From IMG/VR virus record IMGVR_UViG_3300010970_000074: 30,543 bases of DNA; one strand, 5' to 3'. The notes beneath the pieces are model-generated. The model was given only the letters and a program-made list of their open reading frames with translations. It was not told where the DNA came from and made no database searches. The position numbers were made by a program, and so were the translations under genes. This stretch comes from a virus. Shown here piece by piece: positions 17,032 through 22,712 of the stretch; the first letter of the stretch is position 1, and every line of letters begins with the position of its first letter.

Positions 17032-17418
17032 ATGAAATACAAAAAAATCAACGAAGTAATTAACCAAATTAACAACATCAAAGGTAACCCTGAAGAAAAG
17101 GTTATTAAGAAGTTAGTAAAGTTTATTGAAAAGCTAAAACCTTATCAAGAGGATTATAGCAACAAGGTTCAAGAGTTAAGACTTGACAACGCAGCTACCG
17201 ATAAAGATGGGGTATTAATCCTTACTGAAAAAGGGGATTATAAGTTTAATAAAGAAGGAATTAAGAAGCTAGGAGAACAACTTAAAGAACTAGGGGAAAA
17301 AGAGTTTGAGTTTAAGCCTATTGAGGTCATTAACACAAATGGTTTAGAAAACTTTACTTTCTTAGAAGATTGGACAACAGGTATCACATTTGTTAAAGAA
17401 GAAGAAGAAGAATTGTAA
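17032..17418 (+). CDS. Hypothetical charged protein
   Basis: 128 aa, Lys/Glu-rich with an acidic tail EEEEEL. First gene of the lysis-proximal operon. Confidence 0.6.
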   Translation: MKYKKINEVINQINNIKGNPEEKVIKKLVKFIEKLKPYQEDYSNKVQELRLDNAATDKDGVLILTEKGDYKFNKEGIKKLGEQLKELGEKEFEFKPIEVINTNGLENFTFLEDWTTGITFVKEEEEEL

Positions 17419-17630
17419 TGAACACAACTTTATTTATAATTGGTCAGGCGATAGTTATCGTTATTGGATTAATCGGAATCTATGTTAAGATTTCACTTAA
17501 ACTAAAAGAATTAGAAATTCGTGTTAGTATGGTGGAAAAACAAGATGACAACTTAAGCAAAAAACTAGATAACATTTCTGACCAAATAAATAAGTTAGCA
17601 ATTGCACTACAAAACAAACAAGACCGATGA
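17418..17630 (+). CDS. Small membrane protein (one N-terminal TM plus coiled coil), lysis-cassette member
   Basis: The hydrophobic stretch LFIIGQAIVIVIGLIGIYV is followed by a heptad-like charged tail. TAATG overlap with the upstream gene. Confidence 0.55.
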   Translation: MNTTLFIIGQAIVIVIGLIGIYVKISLKLKELEIRVSMVEKQDDNLSKKLDNISDQINKLAIALQNKQDR

Positions 17631-18166
17631 AGGACATAATAACTGCCATATTAATCATAGCGGTTTTAGTGCTGGTTCTTGAGCCAAAGAAAGAAGTAAA
17701 ACCTGAAATAATAACGAAGCACGACACTATCGTTAAGGTTGAAAAAATAACGAAATATCGTAAAGGGGATAGCATCCCTTTTGTCGTTTTAGACACAATT
17801 GTAAAAATAGATGAGGTTCACGATACTATACGCATAATGTCCGATTATAACCGCATTTATGCGTATTACGATACCTTAAAGCTGGATTCTGCTCAATATG
17901 TTTATGTAAGCGACACTATTAGTCAAAACAAGATATTAGGAAGGGGATATGGAGGTCATTTCGTACAAAAGGAGATAAGAGTAGAAACAACGAAGATAAT
18001 GCCACCTAAATTTGCGGTTTATTGGGGTGTTTTAGGCGATTATAGGGAGTTTGACAAGAAAATAGGGTTCGGGTTCGGATTAGCGTTTAAGATGCCTAAA
18101 AATGGCTTATTTACATTAGGAGCAACTACTAACCAATATTCACTAGGAATTTATAAAAAGTTTTAG
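17627..18166 (+). CDS. Membrane-anchored protein, spanin-like candidate
   Basis: N-terminal TM IITAILIIAVLVLVL. The C-terminal part is beta-rich and ends in an aromatic residue (...YSLGIYKKF). ATGA overlap with the upstream gene. Confidence 0.45.
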   Translation: MKDIITAILIIAVLVLVLEPKKEVKPEIITKHDTIVKVEKITKYRKGDSIPFVVLDTIVKIDEVHDTIRIMSDYNRIYAYYDTLKLDSAQYVYVSDTISQNKILGRGYGGHFVQKEIRVETTKIMPPKFAVYWGVLGDYREFDKKIGFGFGLAFKMPKNGLFTLGATTNQYSLGIYKKF

Positions 18167-18167
18167 T

Positions 18168-18377
18168 ATGTCAATTAAAGATTTTTTTGTCAATATGTTG
18201 GCAGGGGAAAATGGTGCAATCAGTCATAAAAGGGTAATTGCTACTATTGGAGCATTGTGTTTATTTTCTGCTTTTATGTTTAAAGTGAGTATTGATTCAC
18301 ATTTAGCTGACCTAATATTTTGGCTTGTATGCTCTTGTATGGGTTTGGCTAGTTTAGATAAGCAAATTACAAAATGA
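18168..18377 (+). CDS. Putative holin (two TM segments)
   Basis: 69 aa with two hydrophobic stretches (VIATIGALCLFSAFMF and LIFWLVCSCMGLASL), located upstream of the endolysin. Confidence 0.5.
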   Translation: MSIKDFFVNMLAGENGAISHKRVIATIGALCLFSAFMFKVSIDSHLADLIFWLVCSCMGLASLDKQITK

Positions 18378-18460
18378 GAAAGAACGAAATAAAAGTAGGT
18401 ATTTTTCTATTTATTTTATGGGTAACTATACTTGTTTACTTTTTTAATAAAGTGTTATGA
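18374..18460 (+). CDS. 28-aa single-TM micro-ORF, ATGA-coupled on both sides (absent from the ORF track)
   Basis: Hand translation gives MRKNEIKVGIFLFILWVTILVYFFNKVL*. Its ATG overlaps the holin stop (18374..18377 ATGA), and its stop overlaps the endolysin ATG (18457..18460 ATGA). Confidence 0.45.
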   Translation: MRKNEIKVGIFLFILWVTILVYFFNKVL

Positions 18461-19062
18461 TTAGTCGTAAAGCTGCGGAATTAATTATACAATATGAGGT
18501 CGGAGGCAGACAAACCTACGAAAAACGCTACAATAAAGTTTATTGGGCAGGTGGTGAAAGCGGTGCGACTTTGGGAATCGGATACGATTTGGGTTATAAC
18601 ACTGAAAAGCAATTTATGGCAGATTGGTCAGCTAATTTGAATTTAAACTTTGTTAACGCTTTAAGACTATTATGCGGATTAAAAGGTGAAAAGGTTAAAG
18701 GAATGCTTAAAGGCGAAGTTTTAAATGTTAGGATTCCATACAATACGGCATACGAAGTTTTCGTTAAGAGTTCATTACCTAGATACTACGCAATGACAAA
18801 GAAAATATATCCTAATATGGATTTATTAAATGAGGATACTCAAGGTGCATTGGTTTCAATGGTTTACAATAGAGGCAATAAGTTAGAAGGAGATTCAAGA
18901 TTAGAAATGAGGGCAATAGTTGATTTGATTGCTCAACAGGATTATGAAGGTATTGCAGAGCAGATTGAAAAAAGTAAAAGACTTTGGGAAAATCGTGGAA
19001 TGGATGGGCTTGTTATTAGAAGGGAATCTGAAGCAGATTTGGTAAGGGACTCAATGTCATAA
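18457..19062 (+). CDS. Endolysin, lysozyme-like muramidase
   Basis: LIIQYEVGGRQTYEKRY...GGESGATLGIGYDLGY resembles the catalytic Glu plus TxGxGxD block of GH24-like phage lysozymes, and small membrane proteins sit upstream. Confidence 0.6.
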   Translation: MISRKAAELIIQYEVGGRQTYEKRYNKVYWAGGESGATLGIGYDLGYNTEKQFMADWSANLNLNFVNALRLLCGLKGEKVKGMLKGEVLNVRIPYNTAYEVFVKSSLPRYYAMTKKIYPNMDLLNEDTQGALVSMVYNRGNKLEGDSRLEMRAIVDLIAQQDYEGIAEQIEKSKRLWENRGMDGLVIRRESEADLVRDSMS

Positions 19063-19076
19063 ACAAACCGAACAAT

Positions 19077-20087
19077 ATGGCTGGAAGCAAACGAACAATG
19101 AGTGGTCAAATAATTCTTGACTACTTGGCAAAGTATCCTTCTTGGATGCCATCGCATACCCTTGCAAGTTTAATACACAAGGAAAACTCAAATCATTTTG
19201 AAGATAAAGAAGCAGTTAGGGCATTAATAAGATATTACAGGGGTAAGTTAGGAAATACAAAATCGACCAATAAAGACTTTCACGAAGAATATAAAAGAAC
19301 GAGTGTAAACTTTGTTCAACCGCCATCTTGGGTTGAAGAAAAGGTAGTATTTACACTACCAACAGGAATTAAGAAAATGGGATTTATTAGTGATTTGCAA
19401 GTACCATTCCACGACCCAAAAGCAATTGATATTTGTTTTGAATACCTAACAAAAGAAGGGATTGATAGTTTATTTATGAATGGCGACGTGTGTGATTTTT
19501 ATCAATTGAGTGATTTCCAAAAAGACCCAAGAATGAGAAAGTTTGATGAGGAATATGAGTCAATTCTTGAGATGCTGGGTTACATTAGAAAAGTATTTCC
19601 TGACATTACTATTTACTACAACCTTGATGCAAACCACGAAGCAAGATACCAAAGGTATATGAGGACAAAAGCACCTGAATTGTTAGGAATAGATTTATTT
19701 GAGATAGAAGATATTTTTAGATTGAATGCGTTTAATATCAAACCAATTAAAGACATTGACCATATTAAGTTCGGACATTTACCGATAATTCACGGAGATA
19801 CAACATTCAAAAGAGGTTCAGGGGTAAGTCCAGCTAAAACATTATTTGATAGGGTTAAACAATCCGCCATTGCTTCGCATTGCCATCGTACAAGCGAATT
19901 TACGACCAAGAATCAGTTTGATGGGGAAATATTTACAACTTGGACAACAGGTCATTTAATGCACCCTAACGTGGAATATTGTAAGCACGCTGACCAATAC
20001 AATCAAGGATTTGCGATACTAGAAAAAGAAACGAGTGGTGATTATAGAGTTAACAATAAGCGAATTATTAAAAACAAAGTATTCTAA
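19077..20087 (+). CDS. Calcineurin-like metallophosphoesterase with an N-terminal ~90-aa extra domain
   Basis: Ordered motifs: SDLQVPFHD (D-x-H), NGDVCD (GD), LDANHE (GNHE-like), IIHGD, ASHCHR (H-x-H). Confidence 0.7.
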   Translation: MAGSKRTMSGQIILDYLAKYPSWMPSHTLASLIHKENSNHFEDKEAVRALIRYYRGKLGNTKSTNKDFHEEYKRTSVNFVQPPSWVEEKVVFTLPTGIKKMGFISDLQVPFHDPKAIDICFEYLTKEGIDSLFMNGDVCDFYQLSDFQKDPRMRKFDEEYESILEMLGYIRKVFPDITIYYNLDANHEARYQRYMRTKAPELLGIDLFEIEDIFRLNAFNIKPIKDIDHIKFGHLPIIHGDTTFKRGSGVSPAKTLFDRVKQSAIASHCHRTSEFTTKNQFDGEIFTTWTTGHLMHPNVEYCKHADQYNQGFAILEKETSGDYRVNNKRIIKNKVF

Positions 20088-20273
20088 ATGAAAATGCCTA
20101 AAGGATTTAATAAATGGAGTTTATCCGAGCAAGAAAGCTGGTTAGTAAAAAAGTATCAGGATATGATGACCGAAGTAGATTCGTTGACTAAAATGTTAGC
20201 CAAAATACGAGGTGGGCAAAGGATACAAGTAAAAGAGGTTGAAAGACCCGATGAGGCAATACTAAAAGCGTGA
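20088..20273 (+). CDS. Hypothetical protein
   Basis: 61-aa ORF starting immediately after the upstream stop. No motif recognised. Confidence 0.5.
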   Translation: MKMPKGFNKWSLSEQESWLVKKYQDMMTEVDSLTKMLAKIRGGQRIQVKEVERPDEAILKA

Positions 20274-20539
20274 GAATAAAAATCATATACAAGAAACTCG
20301 GAAGGGAACAAGCACACGGCATTGCTGAAAGTGATGGTATTATTTATTTAGACCCACGACTAAAGGGCAAGAAACATCTTGAAATTTGTCTCCATGAATT
20401 ATGTCATCTTATTAATCCAAATGATGATGAAAAAACAATTATTCGTAAAAGTGTAACTTTGACTAAAGTCCTGTGGAAGGAAGGTTATCGTAGAGTTGAT
20501 GATAGTAACGATGAGCCATTACAGGATGGTTCAATTTAG
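20270..20539 (+). CDS. Small HExxH protein (possible minimal zinc metallopeptidase)
   Basis: 89 aa with a GTG start that overlaps the upstream stop (GTGA). It has a single LHELCHL motif preceded by IIYLDPRL. Confidence 0.45.
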   Translation: MRIKIIYKKLGREQAHGIAESDGIIYLDPRLKGKKHLEICLHELCHLINPNDDEKTIIRKSVTLTKVLWKEGYRRVDDSNDEPLQDGSI

Positions 20540-20568
20540 GTTGTTTGGTTTGATTCATAGTTTGGTTT

Positions 20569-20596
20569 AACCCAGTGTAAAAAGCTGGGTTTTTTT
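20569..20596 (+). terminator. Rho-independent terminator 1 at the end of the long + strand operon
   Basis: AACCCAG 20569..20575 pairs with CTGGGTT 20585..20591, with a 9-nt loop and a T-run to 20596. Confidence 0.7.
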
Positions 20597-20632
20597 ATGT
20601 AGTTTTGTGATTCATAGACTATACTAATGGTT

Positions 20633-20666
20633 CCCCCTTTCGTTTCTACGATGAGGGGCTTTTTTT
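20633..20666 (+). terminator. Rho-independent terminator 2 (interrupted hairpin)
   Basis: CCCCTT 20634..20639 pairs with GAGGGG 20553+100 region (20653..20658), with inner CG/CG pairs (20641..20642 / 20649..20650). A T-run 20660..20666 follows. Confidence 0.45.
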
Positions 20667-20708
20667 ATGTCCGAAGTTTCCATCATAAGTGGTCATTAAT
20701 GGAACTAA

Positions 20709-20737
20709 TGAGGCGATTATGCGACATTTACGGCTCA
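20709..20737. repeat. 29-bp GC-rich hairpin element, copy A (TGAGGCG-N15-CGGCTCA)
   Basis: A 7-bp stem with one G-G mismatch and a 15-nt loop, lying 11 nt beyond the stop of the minus-strand gene. It is related to 21378..21406. Confidence 0.55.
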
Positions 20738-20747
20738 TTGAGTAAAG

Positions 20748-21218
20748 TTATTTTGCCCTGTTTTGATATTTATATCCCATAGCTGATAATGCTTTATGAA
20801 TAGCACCAATAGTTATATTCCCTTGAGCATCTCTTTTTTCCATATCCAAAACACCTTGTTTTGTAATGCCCATTGCTTCGCCTAGTTCTTCCATACTCAT
20901 TTTTTTCTCTAATCTGCATTGTTTAATAAGCCCTATTGGAGTAAAAGCATCTTTGCCAAATCCATATTTCCATAATAAATCATCGCTTAAACCTTCAACA
21001 AATATTTGTAATTCGGTATTGTATTCAAACCATTCCCCACTACTACTAGCAGGTTTAAACATTTTATGATAATTTCTTTCATCTTCCCTATTGCCTTCAA
21101 TTAAACCAAGTACTTCTAATTTAACAGGGCAACTTACTTGTAATGTGCTTAATCTTAATTTAATTCTATCGGTATAACCAATTTTAACATAATCGGTATG
21201 CTTTATAAAATATATCAT
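20748..21218 (-). CDS. T5orf172 (GIY-YIG-like) domain fused to an XRE-family HTH; candidate phage repressor/regulator
   Basis: N-terminus MIYFIKHTDYVKIGYTDRIKLRLSTLQ...EDERNYHKMF...GEWFEY. C-terminus LIKQCRLEKKMSMEELGEAMGITKQGVLDMEKR. It is the only minus-strand gene. ATG at 21218 is preferred over the TTG at 21236. Confidence 0.75.
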   Translation of the reverse strand: MIYFIKHTDYVKIGYTDRIKLRLSTLQVSCPVKLEVLGLIEGNREDERNYHKMFKPASSSGEWFEYNTELQIFVEGLSDDLLWKYGFGKDAFTPIGLIKQCRLEKKMSMEELGEAMGITKQGVLDMEKRDAQGNITIGAIHKALSAMGYKYQNRAK

Positions 21219-21219
21219 A

Positions 21220-21257
21220 ACTTTACTTTTTAGCAAATATAAGGAAAAAAGTAAAGT
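21220..21257. promoter_or_regulatory. Perfect 12-bp inverted repeat (ACTTTACTTTTT / AAAAAGTAAAGT) flanking the regulator's -7 box
   Basis: Arms are at 21220..21231 and 21246..21257. On the minus strand the 14-nt spacer contains TATATTTG. Confidence 0.6.
21234..21241 (-). promoter_or_regulatory. Candidate -7 promoter box TATATTTG for the minus-strand regulator
   Basis: The reverse complement of caaatata is TATATTTG, 15 nt upstream of the ATG at 21218. Confidence 0.5.
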
Positions 21258-21284
21258 AATAGCTTTGGGTTTGTAAATAAATGG

Positions 21285-21295
21285 GTTTACATATT
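21285..21295 (-). promoter_or_regulatory. Inverted copy of the 11-mer AATATGTAAAC
   Basis: GTTTACATATT on the + strand is the exact reverse complement of the repeats at 16766 and 16789. Confidence 0.45.
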
Positions 21296-21320
21296 TATAT
21301 AAATCGGTAACAATACTACC

Positions 21321-21345
21321 TAAAGTTCTCTAATAGCAAACTTTA
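21321..21345. promoter_or_regulatory. Operator-like palindrome TAAAGTT-N11-AACTTTA
   Basis: 7-bp perfect arms at 21321..21327 and 21339..21345. Confidence 0.5.
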
Positions 21346-21354
21346 TCAATCACA

Positions 21355-21378
21355 AAAGTTACCCAATAAGGCAACTTT
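21355..21378. promoter_or_regulatory. Operator-like palindrome AAAGTT-N12-AACTTT
   Basis: 6-bp perfect arms at 21355..21360 and 21373..21378, using the same half-site as the neighbouring palindrome. Confidence 0.45.
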
Positions 21379-21406
21379 GAGCCGTATTTGAGCGATAATC
21401 GGCTCA
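21378..21406. repeat. 29-bp GC-rich hairpin element, copy B (TGAGCCG-N15-CGGCTCA)
   Basis: A perfect 7-bp stem with a 15-nt loop. Its reverse complement matches copy A at about 22 of 29 positions. Confidence 0.55.
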
Positions 21407-21463
21407 TTTATGACCTATAAAAAGAAATTTAAATAATTTTTTGGTAGTATTGTAATTGTTTTA

Positions 21464-21471
21464 TATCTTTG
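21464..21471 (+). promoter_or_regulatory. Candidate early promoter: -7 box TATCTTTG with an upstream TTTG (21440..21443)
   Basis: TAnnTTTG match with a TTTG about 21 nt upstream. It overlaps the inverted repeat CTTTGTT-AA-AACAAAG (21467..21482). Confidence 0.5.
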
Positions 21472-21516
21472 TTAAAACAAAGGGAGAGGCACTCCATATA
21501 AACTGCACCATTAGTT

Positions 21517-21825
21517 ATGAAAAATTTTACATTAAAATTCGGCAAGTACAAGGGATTGCAATTTTTAAGCACTCCAGCTTTTTATCAAAATTGGCTTTTA
21601 GCTCAAGATTGGTTTAAAATGCCTGTTGTCTTAACTGAAATGCAACAAGCACAAAAAAAGGTCAGCGAATGTGCAAGTAAGTTAAAAGGATGGAATGGCT
21701 ATTCAAGAGCAGGTGCAGTAGCTTATGATAATATGTTTGAAGCTGAAAAAGCAATGGATGCTGCTTATTATAATAATTCCGACCCATCTTCTCCTAGATG
21801 GAATGGCGAATATAACTTTTTATAA
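21517..21825 (+). CDS. DUF3820-like small protein
   Basis: KFGKYKGLQFLSTPAFYQNWLL resembles the G-K-Y-K-G...Y..W signature of that family. Confidence 0.45.
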   Translation: MKNFTLKFGKYKGLQFLSTPAFYQNWLLAQDWFKMPVVLTEMQQAQKKVSECASKLKGWNGYSRAGAVAYDNMFEAEKAMDAAYYNNSDPSSPRWNGEYNFL

Positions 21826-21885
21826 CCCATCAAAGTCAGGGGTGCGACTGACCAACGCACATATTTTAAACCAAAAAAAAACAAT

Positions 21886-22065
21886 ATGAAACCTGTATTA
21901 ATCTATGACAACAACTTTTACCCTTACAATGGGCAGTTTATTGCAGTCGGTGGAGATAATATCTACCTTGACTATGAGATTGATGGCACACGATTTTTCC
22001 TAGTGAAATTCCGCACCATTGACCTTGCAAACAATCAAATCATTTTATCAATCGTAAAACTTTAA
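21886..22065 (+). CDS. Hypothetical protein, 59 aa (absent from the ORF track)
   Basis: Hand translation gives MKPVLIYDNNFYPYNGQFIAVGGDNIYLDYEIDGTRFFLVKFRTIDLANNQIILSIVKL*. Confidence 0.45.
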   Translation: MKPVLIYDNNFYPYNGQFIAVGGDNIYLDYEIDGTRFFLVKFRTIDLANNQIILSIVKL

Positions 22066-22067
22066 TT

Positions 22068-22154
22068 ATGTCAGAACAACAAAACCGCAAATTTCAAGCA
22101 ATCGTTATTTTAATCTTTGCATTCCTTATGTGTGCTTATTTACAAAACATTTAA
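22068..22154 (+). CDS. 28-aa single-TM micro-ORF (absent from the ORF track)
   Basis: Hand translation gives MSEQQNRKFQAIVILIFAFLMCAYLQNI*. It starts 2 nt after the previous stop. Confidence 0.35.
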   Translation: MSEQQNRKFQAIVILIFAFLMCAYLQNI

Positions 22155-22163
22155 ACCCAAAAT

Positions 22164-22307
22164 ATGAAAGTAGAAAAAAAAGAGGTGGTCTGCATTAGAT
22201 TACCCGAAACCATTAAAAAGAAAGTGGATGCCGAAGCAAAGAAGATGTATTTAGCACCCAGCAAATTAGTATCAATTATTGTTCAAAAATACTACGAAAA
22301 ACCATAA
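22164..22307 (+). CDS. Ribbon-helix-helix (CopG/Arc-like) DNA-binding protein, 47 aa (absent from the ORF track)
   Basis: MKVEKKEVVCIRLPETIKKKVDAEAKKMYLAPSKLVSIIVQKYYEKP* has the beta-strand (VVCIRLP) plus two-helix layout of RHH proteins. Confidence 0.5.
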   Translation: MKVEKKEVVCIRLPETIKKKVDAEAKKMYLAPSKLVSIIVQKYYEKP

Positions 22308-22310
22308 ACT

Positions 22311-22607
22311 ATGAAACTAGACTATCAAGGCAGACAATTAAAACTACACCAAAGAGCAACCTGTTTACTTGAGTTACTAAAGAAGGCACAAAGCGAACAA
22401 TCAAGACAGGAAGGACTTTTAGCCGAATGGAGAGCAGCTGGGAACTATGATAATGTAAGGTTATTTACTCACGAAAACAATTACCTGATAAGGTTAGCCG
22501 AACTAAACGATGTACAAAAAAGAATCCTTAAATCTTATTATTGGTTGGTTGTTGAGTTGTATAATTTAACTGAAGATTTTATTTTACCTGTAAATAGAAT
22601 AGTATGA
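22311..22607 (+). CDS. Hypothetical protein
   Basis: 98-aa ORF with helical, charged sequence. No motif recognised. Confidence 0.55.
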   Translation: MKLDYQGRQLKLHQRATCLLELLKKAQSEQSRQEGLLAEWRAAGNYDNVRLFTHENNYLIRLAELNDVQKRILKSYYWLVVELYNLTEDFILPVNRIV

Positions 22608-22712
22608 GTTACATAGACAATAGTAAGCCAAATATGATGCGAGAAATATACATATTGGAACAGGAGAATGAGATGTTAAGAAACCAAATTAGAAAACTAA
22701 AAATTGAATTAA

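Noticed and set aside
21293-21304. Perfect 12-bp palindrome ATTTATATAAAT in the switch region
   Set aside because: It consists only of A/T, and such palindromes arise easily by chance in this AT-rich DNA. It is mentioned only as context for the adjacent 11-mer.
20540-21516. Search for a tRNA gene, attP core or integrase near the convergent/divergent junction
   Set aside because: No cloverleaf-compatible sequence (no GTTCRANYC-type T-loop with matching acceptor arms) and no recombinase ORF was found. The region is better explained by terminators, hairpin elements and operators.
21843-21860. Small hairpin GTCAG-gggtgcga-CTGAC after ORF 21517..21825
   Set aside because: It has only a 5-bp stem and no following T-run, so it is not convincing as a terminator or regulatory structure.
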